Assembly: GCA_951406725.2 (NCBI GenBank)
Contig: OX597814.1
Coordinates: 116,436,001-116,500,000, forward strand
Length of the DNA: 64,000 bases
DNA from: Octopus vulgaris
Taxonomy: Eukaryota
Direction of reading: 5' to 3'
The notes beneath the pieces are model-generated. The model saw only the letters and a list, made by a program, of their open reading frames with translations. It was not told the origin of the DNA and ran no database searches. The translations under genes were made by a program, and so were the position numbers. Positions 12,876 to 28,044 of the stretch are shown here, in pieces (the first letter of the stretch is position 1; every line of letters begins with the position of its first letter).

Positions 12876-13201
12876 GGAGCATGGCTCAGTGGTAAGAGCG
12901 TACGATCGTGAGGTTGTGAGCTCGAATCCCGGACCGGGCTGCGTTTTTTGTTCTTGAGCAAGACACTTTATTTTACGTTGCTCCAGTTTACTCATCTGTA
13001 GAAATGAGTTGCGACGTCACAGGTGCTAAGCTGTATCGGCCGTTGCCTTTCCCTTGGATAACACTGGTGGCGTGGAGAGGGGATGCCGGTATGCATGAGC
13101 GACTGCTGGTCTTCCATACGCAACCCTGCCCGGTCTTGTGCCTGGGAGGGTAACTTTCTAAGTGCAAAGTCATGGTCTGTGTTGTGACCGAAGGGGGTCT
13201 C
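12876..13201 (+). mobile_element. tRNA-derived SINE family C
   Basis: A-box TGGCTCAGTGG, B-box-like GCTCGAATCCC, then TTGAGCAAGACACTT core-like segment; a diverged relative lies near 5945-6240. Confidence 0.75.
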
Positions 13202-13932
13202 AGAATCTTCGGATGTTGATAAGATTGAAATATGAAATTTCTTATATAATAACTACATAATGTAGAATATTTGAGAAATATAACGAACTTTGGTTGGAGA
13301 GTATGAAATAACAAACACATAGTGATTGACAGTATATCCATGAAGAAAAAAAAAAACAGGAAGAAAATGTACATAGGTCTAACTGTTGAGTAGAGGAGAT
13401 AAATTATATAGACCCATATAACGGGTATGAACAAAGATATCGATACGTGCATGTACGAAAGTATATATTTATCACAGTATACAAGACAACAATATTTATA
13501 TTTGTGTAAAAGCATCAATGTAAGGGAAACAGCTTGAGGTATTTAGGCATCATTTAGATCTTTAAACTCAATAGTAATGAACTACATATTATCCAAAGAT
13601 TTCTACATATTCATACATGCTGATTAATATTACTGGTTGTAGTAATATATTGTTTGCAATACACAATTGAAAAGAAAATGCTTTGAGGCGTGTCTGTAGT
13701 TACCTAACAATTTCGATCGTCTGATTAAGTTATTGACGTCTAGGTCCACCTGCTTTCCGTATTATCTAACTACCGCTCATGCTAGTTAGTATTCAAGCAT
13801 TTTTATTGTATGTTTATTATACTCAACCCACCAAATCTACTGCCCCTTGATGGCAGCAATCTTCAGCTGCTGCTAAAATTTATACCTTCACTCTCAGTAC
13901 TACGAAATCTCTTTTCCTACATGTGTTTATGC

Positions 13933-13959
<27 letters not shown>

Positions 13960-13963
<4 letters not shown>

Positions 13964-14146
13964 GAAAAGTTTATGAAAAAAACAAAAGACGAAGACAGGT
14001 GGTGTACAAAACAAACAGATGTATTAGTATAACGCTCAGGAATTAGTAAAAGTCTTTTACGTTTCGAGCCTACGATCTTCTACAGAAAGTGACAGAAAAA
14101 ACAAGGAGAGAAAAAAATGTGTGTTGTGGCTAACGATCTATCATGG

Positions 14147-14148
<2 letters not shown>
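13960..14148 (-). mobile_element. solo 3' terminus of the Penelope family at 36766-39578, with hammerhead-like motif (14054-14089)
   Basis: High similarity to 36766-36975; minus strand CTTT-CTGTAGA-AGATCgtagGCTC-GAAACGTA-AAAG; in (TA)n. Confidence 0.8.
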
Positions 14149-14194
<46 letters not shown>

Positions 14195-14200
<6 letters not shown>

Positions 14201-14490
14201 TAATATCAGGGTAATAAAGATTTTAGAAATGTTTACTACCAGTGGCCTAGCATATAGAAAAATTAGTCAGTAGACTATATATTACTCATATAAAAGACAG
14301 TGTATATTTAAACACATTACGAGGTTTCCATCATACGCTAGAAAGAACAGCTAAATGGAAAATGTTTTTAATTTTCATTCCCTTCAAGAATTTATCCCTA
14401 ATTAGTGGTTTGGACTTTAGCTGTACTTTCTAGCGTAAAGGATTCCTATGATGGAAACCTCTTAATGTGTTTAAATGTACACGCCATTTT
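14195..14490. mobile_element. TA-embedded foldback element (arms ~14300-14356 and 14416-14482)
   Basis: GTGTATATTTAAACACATTACGAGGTTTCCATCATA-CGCTAGAAAGAACAGCTAAA reappears reverse-complemented with a ~12-nt insert. Confidence 0.6.
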
Positions 14491-14491
14491 A

Positions 14492-14527
<36 letters not shown>

Positions 14528-14581
14528 TGTATGTATGTATGTATGTATGTATGTATGTATGTATGTATGTATATATATATA

Positions 14582-14638
<57 letters not shown>

Positions 14639-15364
14639 GTGTGTGTGTGTATGTGTGTGTGTGTGTGACCCCGTCTCTGTGAATATCTGTCTGCTTGCTT
14701 TTTCTCTGTATGTTCATATATCTGTTAACATATTTGTACGTATTGTAGCCTATGTTAATTTTAAAAGCATAGAAATTAATGAGTTCTCTGTCGCCTTTTA
14801 CCTTTCAAAGGAAATCAATAACCAAAATATTCACTAGTTCATTGGAATGAAACTATAAATTCGTCAGGATTAATTGCTTACACCATTTAAATTTACATAT
14901 TGGCAACGGCAAAGTTTTGTTAATATTCTGGCAGACTCTGTTGTTCGAAATTCTAACACAGACTAACAGAACTGAAGTAAGAAATGTCTCAGATGTTAGT
15001 ACCAAGAAAATAACTTAATCAAAACCAAAGAACCAATCGTCAGTGAAGTGATAGATATGGTAGTGCTATATCCATAGGTTTCGGTTGGTTTTCTCAGTTA
15101 ACCGCCAAGACCTTGTACTGTGACATCAGAGGCGGCGTCAAAGAGATATGATTCTTTCAAGCAAGTTTCATTTGTAATTAAATAAATAAATTGTACATAA
15201 ATGAATTTGGCACACATGCTTCAAATGTTTGTGAGGAAATGTAGATTATATTAAACGAATACTTGAACCGGAGTTAAGTTGTCAACCCGAGAGTATACGT
15301 GTGTGCATGCGTGTATGTGTGAGTTTCTGTGCGCATATGTGTGTGCACATGCGCGCACACACAC

Positions 15365-15397
<33 letters not shown>

Positions 15398-16025
15398 AAC
15401 AGACACATATACATGTGTATATTCATATGCTTGTGTATATATATATATATACATATATATATAAATATACATACATACATATATAAATATACATACATAT
15501 ATATATATATTATATTATATTATATTATATTATATTATATTATATTATATATATATATAAATATATATACATATATATATGATGATAATTGGCTCAATAA
15601 TGAATATTCCCATTGTTAATGGGCTGTAAATTTAAGATATCATTTAGGTCGAGCTTCTGTCTTGTAACTTTTAACACAATTATTGCTTAAATATCATTTC
15701 TCAGTTAAATGTAATTCAGAATCGTGATAACTGACATCACGCACGGACATCTGAACATTTTGCAAGATTATTAACTATATCGGCTTTCCTCTAGTTGTCT
15801 ATCGTTCCAAATTTTGGTGGGTTTTAATGCGGTTTTCTTCAAAACGCTTCGACGTGCGGACTGGATATTTTCTTCATGATGTGTCGCGATTTGTATTTTG
15901 TCTAATTCCCTACATGAAACTAAATAACTTTTTGCTAACCAGATTTAAGGAACTCCTTGTATCTTAGATTGGTAAAAGGTTATTTCCGAGAAACTAGATC
16001 CCGCAGAGTAGGTGCTAAGGAATAT

Positions 16026-16075
<50 letters not shown>

Positions 16076-16082
16076 TTCCTTC

Positions 16083-16129
<47 letters not shown>

Positions 16130-16140
16130 TCCCTCTTTCT
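16026..16140. repeat. (TTTC)n microsatellite (another at 17428-17510)
   Basis: direct reading. Confidence 0.95.
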
Positions 16141-16332
16141 GTGTCTTTCTTCCTGCTAAAACTAAACTTCTTTCCATTCAGGAAACTATAGTACTGTGGT
16201 CATATATCTTGTTCTATATCAGCTTCTGTTATTCCTGAGATTTCTACTTTTTCTCTTTTACGTTAATCTTTTTTAAGAAACCCTCAAAGAATGCTTGCAT
16301 GTGTTTCTCTTTCTTATTTCTCTTACTCGGAA

Positions 16333-16530
16333 TATTAGTTTCAAATTTTGGTACAGGGCCAGCAATTCCAAGGCTGGTGGTTAGTCGATTGCATTGAACC
16401 GAATGCTCAACTGGTACTTATAATTTCGCGCCCGAAAGAATTAAATGAAGAGCCGATCTCTGCAGAATTTATTTTTAGAACGTAAGAACGAACAAAATGC
16501 TGCTAGGCTTTTTGCCATCTAGCCACTGGC
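16333..16530 (-). mobile_element. SINE family B, diverged
   Basis: TTTCAAATTTTGGTACAGGGCCAGCAATT..AGTCGATT..CTGGTACTTA..CCCGAAAG. Confidence 0.65.
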
Positions 16531-17176
16531 AAAAGATCCTGACAGCTAGCCACCTTAGCTCTTATCTGGAATATTACAGCTATATTTCGTTTGGTGTTAA
16601 ATTTCAAAGCGTATTTCTAAAACTTTTGGCCGGTTTTGGCAGCACATGTTCAACACTTCTCTTTATTAGCAGAACATTGTTCTATTCGGATATCCAATAT
16701 GGTATTTCTTTTAAAGTTACTAATCCAGCGATTCATCTTTCTACTTAAACTCAACGTTTAACTACTTTAACCGCCTCTGTAAGGAATTCTTGTATTCAAG
16801 TAGAGACTATAATCAAACATCTCCCTTATGGGACTTCGTTTGCTTTTCTTTCCCAGATGAATGAAATCTTAATTCTCTTAAATCTTGCGTTGATGGTTTT
16901 TATGCTTCTTAGGGCAGCTTATCATTAAATTTTTCTCCCCTTTTATTTCTTAATTCTCAATATATTGTTTCCTTGATATTTGGTTTTTATTGCTGGTTGC
17001 TTGCAGACTCGCTGGCAGTAATTTTCAATAAAATGTTAAGTATCCAAAAAATTCTATAACTCCAAAATCCTTTTACAAGTGTTTTCCTTTGACCATATCC
17101 AACCTCTCTTTCTGTTGTGAACAAACGAATCTACACTATGTAATACATATATACACACATAAATAAGTATATATAT

Positions 17177-17428
17177 ACTAGCTTAAAAGCCGCGCAGCTC
17201 CTGTGGGGTGGGGGTGGGGTCTCCTCATTGGGCCTTGAGCCTAACAATGATACTTCATGCATTGAATACATATTAAATTTTATTAGACTTGAACATTATT
17301 TTTCAAGCAATGAAAAATTTTCATCAAAGCAATGATATGATTTCTCGACTTGGAACTTATTGCAAAGTTGCATGATAAACAACAATGGTTGTCTTCTCAT
17401 TTGGGGGTCAGTATAATGTTTTCTAACC

Positions 17429-17511
<83 letters not shown>

Positions 17512-17645
17512 GTTGGTTGTTTTCAACCATCATCACCAGCAGTATCACCACCGTCGCCAGCACAACTGCCATAAACACACCATTCAGATTTCTGATATCA
17601 CCACCATTAATACCTTTGATTTCGTCACATTCTCCTCCAACACCA
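17177..17645. repeat. dispersed repeat, second copy at 49788-50170; possibly Helitron-derived
   Basis: GCTCCTGTG..TCATTGGGCCT..AACAATGA.ACTTCATGCATTGA..CTTATTGCAAAG shared by both copies; CTAG next to a TA tract at 17178. Confidence 0.6.
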
Positions 17646-18035
17646 TCACCACCACCATCATCACAGCCACCTCCGCCTCTATCACAACTACAGGTCATAC
17701 TTTTACTATCACCCCATTACCATCACAAAAGGCTAAATGTGTGTTCGTTCAGTATGCTATTCAGCTTGTTACTTCAGTGTTCAGTCCCCTTTCTCCCACA
17801 TACTCATTCTATCCCCCCTCTCTCTCTGTCTTCGCCTTAATATAGTCTGGGCCCCCTTGGGGTGCGACGGTCACCTAGAGCGTGACTATCCAGCGCGGTC
17901 TGACCCGTAACTTCACTCTGTCACTGTGCCTACTACTACCCTCATCCCATTATGAGGAAGAGTAGGAACGTCGTTGAATAGTCAGAGAGTAGGTCTGTGA
18001 CACATTGGCACACAGAAATTAGTTTTCACGTTTAT

Positions 18036-18096
<61 letters not shown>

Positions 18097-18174
18097 GTGA
18101 GTATGTATGGTATGTATATATACTCACACACACAGATGTGTGTATATGTGTGTATGTGCGTACAAATATATGCC

Positions 18175-20130
18175 ATGGGCTCCCCCGTCGTTAGAAAGCG
18201 TATTCTCGTTCGACAATTTCGACAAACGAACGAGTTCTTTCCTCTCGTGAGTTTTGCTATTTCCTATCTAAACTGTGATCTTTTTGGTGAATTTTGTGTG
18301 TTATCGATTCTAAACTTGCTTAGCAGGGGAAGTATCGAGTCTAGAAATTCCCCCTTTAAGGGGCGAATTGAATTTTTTTGCAACGTCTTGTGTACATTAT
18401 TTACACATTTTTTTAAAATCATGGCTTCCAGCCAAAACACAGACAACACCCCGATATAAACAGACTCAACGAAATGTACCAAGAAATGTTCCCAGTACTT
18501 CGCTGTCGCGAACAGGAGGAGTTGAATACAGAAAAAACGGAGAAATATACGGCAAATTCTACAAAGGACACCCAATGTGGAACAATGAAAAGGAATTAAC
18601 GGACAAAGAAAATGAATTAAGCAAACCAAACTGACGCGATTTCGCTTCGGTTACAACCTAAAGATTAACCAGGCAGAACTAGAAAGATATAAAAGCTTAG
18701 CAAAGCGTGTAGGGAACAATATAAACTTAACCCCACCCGTTCATATAATTCAAGAAACAGCTAGGGAAACAATAATATTTAAAACTCCTTCACTAAAAAC
18801 CAAAAAAGTCGAATGTCTGCGAAAGGAAAAAGTAGAAATGTGTCTGCAGCCCATATGGGGTGATACCAAATACGTAGCAAGAGGTAAAAGATATGGGACT
18901 TAGGAGATGATGTTCGCTTCCGAAGAAGAAGCAAAGCAACGCTCCGCAGTGCCTTTTAAAACCGGCGAACTGGTGCTACTGCCCACTTATATGGGTAAAC
19001 GTACGTCTCAAATAAAAATTAGGGAGGTCCCACCAGAATTTGACGTGGTGTGGATCGTGGCCGCTGTCTTGCTTGATTTGAAAAGCAGCATTTCCATACT
19101 GCAGGTTACGAAGCTGCAACAGCAAAACTGATGGGGCCAAGGCCTCAAAATCATCATACATGCCACTCAACAGGATCACGATATTATACCCGATTTAATA
19201 AATTTGCTAGATAGCACAGCCCTCCGAGTCATGGTGGAGGGTCAAAGGCTCAAATGTTACAAAAGGGCCACATTAGAATCTCTTGCCCATTGGATATCTC
19301 AGAGAGGGGCCACCCTTCACCTGACGTGTCACCAAAACACCTGACCAAGGCAGCTAAAAACAACTTAATACCACCAAAAAGCCCGCCCCGGACACCAAAA
19401 TGAGTAAGACATTAAACGATAGCATCAACAATCGAAACCCCACACCAACCAGCACAAATACTACCACAAAAAGGCAAGACAGATCCACAACAGAACAAGA
19501 ACGGGAAGAGGTGACTAAAATAAAAGAAGGAAAAGAATAAACACTCCCCCCGACACGCACCACGTTACAAGCACCCCCAACACACATACACACACACCTG
19601 AATCTCATACTCCAGAATCTGTCATCAACATCACGGTAGTCGCCACAAAGAACACACAATAGAACACATAAAGAAAAATCCCCGCATATCACTTTTCAAC
19701 GCCCCCCACCACCGCTCACAATCACAAATTCCTGATCACATCCGATTAAAAACACAACCAAGAACGCTATGCAAGATACACCGGAGGGCAAGATAAATCT
19801 ACATCCCCATCATCACCAAGTGAGTAATTAATTCAATTTATCATGGTTTCATTCAATCTTGGCAGTGTGAATGAGGGTCGGCTGGGATTAAATACAACGA
19901 CGACCCACAAACCACGAAGCAGGGTTTGACTCGGAAGACGAAGCGAAGCTACAAGCCACAATGCCCCTATTAACGGACGAACTAGTGCTCCTGCCAACAT
20001 ATCTCGGACGGCGAGTATCAAAAATAAAGATTGGGGAGGTACCCTATCATCACCAAGTGAGTAATTAATTCAATTTATCATGGTTTCATTCAATCTTGGC
20101 AGTGTGAATGAGGGTCGGCTGGGATTAAAT
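18175..20130 (+). mobile_element. decayed 5' part of a Tx1/L1-like LINE: ORF1 remnant and start of ORF2 APE endonuclease
   Basis: Broken ORF from 18421 with LLPTYMGKRTSQIKIREVPPE and a zinc-knuckle-like remnant (RVMVEGQRLKCYK..GHIRISCP); ATG at 19843 gives [10 protein letters not shown], resembling an APE N-terminus. Confidence 0.55.
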
Positions 20131-20171
20131 AGCTTCTATGGTTAATAGTAAATATATTCACAGACACACAC

Positions 20172-20212
<41 letters not shown>

Positions 20213-20279
20213 CATATATATATATATATACATATATATATACATATACATATATATATATATATATACATATACATAC

Positions 20280-20324
<45 letters not shown>

Positions 20325-20569
20325 GATTGAGGGTGCAAGGTAGTACCTATATTGTTAGAAATATGAGTTAAAAAACCCTTTCAGTACAAGAAAGCACATT
20401 TCTATATTAACAAAATTGGTGGGAAGAGGGTCTAGAAGTTTTAATCTATGTAGTAAGTACTAAGATTTACTTGAAGCACTCTTCGTAATATAAAACCCCA
20501 GAAGGAAATAAATATGTGGCAATTGATTTTTATCGTATATGGTTTTTGTATTGCGTATTGGTACCTTCG

Positions 20570-20630
<61 letters not shown>

Positions 20631-20658
20631 CTGACTTTCTGATATAGATATTGACTTT

Positions 20659-20704
<46 letters not shown>

Positions 20705-20784
20705 TTGAGGGTGCAAGGTAGTACCTATATTGTTAGAAATATGAGTTAAAAAACCCTTTCAGTACAAGAAAGCACATTTCTATA

Positions 20785-22105
<1,321 letters not shown>

Positions 22106-22123
22106 ATAATAATAATAATGAGT

Positions 22124-22644
22124 ACACTGATGCAGTACAAGGCACTGGCCCTCGCGGTTTTTTTGTGATCTTAACTGATTGGAAGTGTTATCATATACAT
22201 GTTTTGACTTGATTAGGCTACAGCAAATGTTCTGCTCAATATCACAGATTTGCTTGTCGCTTGTTTGACTTTAACTTGTTAAGCATGTCCCTTAATGGCT
22301 GACGATATGTGTATCTCTGATCACAAGCAGAGTAGTGAGGGAGCATCATAGTAATATTTGGGAGGAATTCATTTGAGATTTGAATAATTTAATTGTGGAA
22401 GCATAAGTGTTTTGTTCAACATCCTTAAACAACGCTTATGCAAGGACTTTTTGTGCGGGACCTGAATAAACATCTTACAGGTCTCCAGCTGTTTAGTTTG
22501 ATATGAGATGTCCATGTCGCGCACATATGGTTGCGATGTATGTGCCTAGTATACCATTCTTAGGTGGATAGTCATGATGGATATATTGAGTTTTGTATAT
22601 TTTATCCCAGTTTCACTTTGATGGAATGCATTGCTCTATCATTC

Positions 22645-22646
<2 letters not shown>
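22124..22646 (+). mobile_element. non-coding TAA-flanked element X (also 21208-21258 + and 32663-33013 -)
   Basis: Reverse complement of 32663-33013 aligns to ~22320-22646; ends directly in (TAA)n. Confidence 0.7.
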
Positions 22647-22697
<51 letters not shown>

Positions 22698-22712
22698 TTA
22701 CTATCATTATCA

Positions 22713-22765
<53 letters not shown>

Positions 22766-23624
22766 CATACACACCTATATGTAAGGGTGTGTGTACATAT
22801 GCATATGTATTTTTAACATGCAAGGATACTTTGTCATGTACACACTCACGCAATAGTGCGAAATCTTTTACAAAAAAACAAAAAGAATGAATGAAAAATA
22901 TTAATTCAGAGTGAAAGACAGTGAGAAAGAAAATAGGTTTTAAATTACATTACGAAATGTTTGACACGATAGCGAAAATCATATTAGAAAAATAGTAAAA
23001 AAAAACAAAACAAAACAAAGAACAAAAACTAACAACAATCGAATACAGAGAAGACAATCAATAAAATAACAAAAACAAGGAAAACAGACACAAGAAATAT
23101 AACAAACAAAACAACAAAAAGAAGCAAATCGCCGAACAATAATATCAAGAACGACAACCACAACAGAAAGATCGTATCCAGTTATAGAGATAGATAATAC
23201 CAATAAGAAAGCAGCGCATACACTAAAAACGAAATTTTGTTAAGGTAATTTTATTTCAGAACGCTTTTGTTACATGATGAGACAATTCAGAGTAGATTTC
23301 ACTTGGAAGTTTTCAGTGATGTTGGCAAAGATGAATTGATTTTTTTCTTCATTCAATGGCTGATAACTGTTGTCTTGTTTTCTCTTCCTTTTTTTACCCG
23401 AGGTAAGTAAAAGGAACTTGAGAAAAAATAGCTATGTCCAATAAACATATGAATAACGTCAACAACAACGACAGCTATTATACACTAACACGCGTGCACA
23501 CACATACACACACGCGCGTGCGCACGCATTCGCACGGGTACACGCACGAACGCACACATACATCGCTCGTGCGCAACGAAGACGGCACGAAAAGAAACAC
23601 ACAACTTCACGTCTGTATCTTTGA

Positions 23625-23676
<52 letters not shown>

Positions 23677-23693
23677 GAGGAAATATATATAAG

Positions 23694-23727
<34 letters not shown>

Positions 23728-23858
23728 CGCACAATTATATATATTGTATGTATATTTATATAAAATATTTATACATAAATATATATATTTACATATAATG
23801 TATACATATATATCATGTATATACGTATATGTATATATATATATATCATGTATATAAG

Positions 23859-23901
<43 letters not shown>

Positions 23902-24203
23902 TTATATATATAATGTATGTATATCTATATACAAAATATTTATATATATATATTTACATATAAGGTATATATGTATATATCATGTATGTACGTATAAGTA
24001 TATATATATACATATATATATATATATAATATATATATATATGAATATATATATCATCCACATATCTCTCTAAATGTATATATCCTCGTGTACGTCTGTG
24101 TGTATTATAAGATATTTTCTTTACACAAATATTTACATATATTATGAATACATTTATAACTACGTATCGAATCAAACTTCCTCCATCTATTTCTCCCCCT
24201 CCT

Positions 24204-24309
<106 letters not shown>

Positions 24310-24642
24310 TATACATATATATACATATATACATGTGTGTGTATTGTGTAGGCTTACTGATAAGCATACCCATAAACAATATAAGTTAAACCTCTACTCT
24401 ATATCAGTAGCTTTCTCTTTCATACTCTGTATCACGTTGTTTTATTCTCCCTTGCTTTCTTCCTTTCTCTTTTCTTTTCTTTCCTCCTCTCTCATTCCAC
24501 CACTCTCTCCCTCCATCTCTTGATAGCATTTGAATTTGAGATTACTGATACCAATATCGAGCATTCTTGCAAACTGTTATGCAAAAACGCATTTTAGTGT
24601 ATTCTAGTAATAAATATATATGTATATATATATATATACATG

Positions 24643-24676
<34 letters not shown>

Positions 24677-24750
24677 TACATTTATAAGTATATATACATA
24701 TACTTATATAAATATACATTTATATATGTATGTTAATATATATATATTTA

Positions 24751-24811
<61 letters not shown>

Positions 24812-24824
24812 TATATATATATTC

Positions 24825-24871
<47 letters not shown>

Positions 24872-25735
24872 TGTATGTATGTATGTATGTATGTATGTGT
24901 GTGTGTGTGCATGAGTGTCCCTGTGTGTGTAGGGCGATAGATTTTGCAAGCCGTTAGCAATATGAAAGTTAAGAACAAAGAAACGGCATGAAATCGTCTT
25001 AGTAGCTACATAAGTAATGATAAGAGATTCCTAGAGATATATAAATAATGTAGGAAATGATGGGATGGAAGATGTTAAAAGTTTCTTAACGATATCTATC
25101 TAAAAACTGCTTGGCTTGCTTAAAGGAAACCTATATTTATATTGCTGTGCGTACGTCTAATCTACTCAGTCACAGATTATTCTATGTTGTAGACGAAGAA
25201 ACATATTCATACATATATACTTACATGTATAAATCCATCCATCCATCTATCCATCCGAATCCATTATCCACCCGTCCGTCTGTCTGTCCTTGTTTTTTTT
25301 CTTTAAACCCGTGCATCTGTCTACCCGTTTTCACGTATCTACACTTATACGTGCAGATGGCTTCTTGGCAAGGGTAAAAAATATTTATAGTTCTTTGCAT
25401 TTACATGGATTATTATTTGCAGCATTGATGTCGCAACGTTTACAACAATATTGCCTTATTCGTTGTTATTCTTCTTCAAGTATTCAATGTAGAAAATTTC
25501 ATTGTTACTATCTATTTGGCTTCATTCAACAATACTAACTACGCAATAGAGAAACCAAAGAAAATGCAGCATTGAAGACAAAAGACAAACAAAATTTTAA
25601 CACTTGTAGTTATTCAATAAACCTAAATTAAAGAGAGATAGTTTACCTCGAGTAATGAAATCAATGACAGACAAAATTGCTTCGTGGGATTTTATTTCAT
25701 GTTGCTTCAGTCTACTCTGCTGAAAATGTGTGCCA

Positions 25736-26070
25736 ACCGAATGGTGGTAATTCACCACTTTGTCCCTCCAGCCGAGTGGTGGTAATTCACCACTCTGTCC
25801 CTCCAGCCGAGTGGTGGTAATTCACCTCTCTGTCCCTCCAGCCGAGTGGTGGTAATTCACTTCCCTGTCCCTCCAGCCGAGTGGTGGTAATTCACCTCGC
25901 TGTCCCTCCAGCCGAGTGGTGGTAATTCACCTCGCTGTCCCTCCAGCCGAGTGGTGGTAATTCACCTGTCTCTCCCTCCAGCCGAGTGGTGGTAATTCAC
26001 CACTCTGTCCCTCCAGCCGAGTGGTCGTAATTCGCCTCTCTGTTCTCTAGCCGAGTGGTGGTAATTCTCA
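25736..26070. repeat. 35-bp minisatellite, ~9.5 units
   Basis: GCCGAGTGGTGGTAATTCAC-N5-TGTCCCTCCA with units at 25771, 25806, 25841 ... 26051. Confidence 0.95.
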
Positions 26071-27624
26071 TCTCTGCCTACAGTTTGCATCTACCAAATT
26101 AACCCGCAATGCATTTCTTCTATAGGAATTATACCCTGCATGTGCTTTGGGGTCAAATGGCGAGAGGGTCGAGAGCCTGTCTATGCCATCTCTGCCTTAA
26201 ACAATTGGCGAAGTTATTATACGTTTTACTAAAGTAGATTTGTTCGCGGTTGACGGTTAACTTTCAATTAGTATGTCAAAACAAATATTATTTTTTTCCG
26301 TTCATAAGAATTTAATAAATTTATGCTTAGAGGATCTTTACTCCTTTCTTAATTGTTGAAGTTACACATATATACACTCAGAAACGTACACAAAGTAAAA
26401 AAAATCGACTAACAGCATCACCATTTGCTGAAGGCAAGGGGGGCGATAAGTGTAATGTAATCCCTGGTAATAAAGATGGGGCATACTGGATAAGCAAATA
26501 TATTCCCAAGATACTCAAGCAACAAACACAGTAGCAACATATTTTCGTGCCAATGTTACTATATTGACAGGAAATAAGGTTGAATGTCTCTGACCAGAGC
26601 AGTAAGCACAATATTAAATGTATCATGGGCTGAGGTTGTACGAATATGAGAAACTGAGATGTAGTCTTGATTTACATCATTTTAACGTTTAGTCAAGAAA
26701 GAAAGGAGAGACTGTAACAGTCTACAGTGTTTTCGTGAGGAAAAAATTTATTTTCAAGGCAAAAAAACAAGACCCGAATGTTTGCGACAGAGTAAACTCT
26801 ACAAAGGGTACTTAACATAGTTGGCGTAGCGAATGAAGTTCAATCCTCTAGAACGCAACAGTGGGACTTGAACTCAGAACACAACAAGCTGAATCAAATA
26901 CTGCGACGCGTCCACCCGATACCACTTGTCCACTGCTGCCGACACTGGAAGAGATGGAACGTAATGCTGACTTTGGTCGGGTTTGAACTCAGAATAAATA
27001 AATTGAATTTAATGCCACATAATAATTCGCTGCGATGCCCTTTCGGCTATTACAACCGCCCTTACAAAAGAGTAATGTCAACTTGTCATTACATAGTAAA
27101 GCTCCCCAAACAACTGTTTATGTAAACCCTCTCTGCAAAGGAAAACAGTTTTTCAAATACTTGAAGTGGCGAAAAAATACAAAACATTAAAACGAAAATA
27201 ACATAATGTTTTGTAAAACTGAAATGTTTAACGGATATGTGACGGCACTTATCACAAACCAATAATTACACCACTCCCACCAGCATAGAAAATAAAGAAA
27301 ATCACAATTGAACCAAAGTTTGGAGATGGCAAAAATGAAAGTACTTGAAGACAAATTAGCAATAAATCTCAGACATAGATCTATGCTAAGAATTGTTTTA
27401 AAGAAGAAAAAAAGAGAGAACAAACGGATCGAAAACATTGAACAAAGACATGAGTGGCCACTCACTAAAAGTCAAAGAGTCTCCTTCTCGGGAAGATTCA
27501 GGTGTATTGTGGAGAGGATTTCTGGTTGAGGAAAAAAAAAATGTTTTTTAATCCGGATGCAATGTAACAGGAAGAAACCGGAAAGGAATTCTTTGGTTTC
27601 GTTTCAGCAATATTGAACATTTAT

Positions 27625-27866
27625 ATTCTCTTTTTACTCTTTTACTCTTTTACTTGTTTCAGTCATTTGACTGCGGTCATGCTGGAACAATGCTTTTAGT
27701 CGAACAAATCGACCCCAGGACTTATTCTTTGTAAGCCTAGTATTTATTCTATCGGTCTCTTTTGCCGAACCGCTAAGTTACGGGGACGTAAACACACCAG
27801 CATCGGTTGTCAAACGATGTTGGGGTTACAGACACAGACACACAAACATACACACATACACACACG

Positions 27867-27924
<58 letters not shown>

Positions 27925-28044
27925 TACGACGGGCTTCTTTCAGTTTCCATCTACCAAATCCACTCACAAGGCTTTGGTCGGCCCAAGTCTATAGTAGAAG
28001 ACACTTGCCAAAAGTGCCACGTAGTGGCATCACTCCTGCGCCTA
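27625..28044 (-). mobile_element. SINE family A
   Basis: (TTTTACTC)n tail, full body, head with an internal deletion. Confidence 0.9.

Noticed and set aside
12876-12940. tRNA gene (also 36-82 and 34255-34296)
   Set aside because: A/B boxes are present, but there is no complete cloverleaf and the sequence continues into a SINE body.
25736-26070. CRISPR-like array
   Set aside because: The variable part is only 5 nt and recurs; no unique spacers, no cas genes, eukaryotic context.
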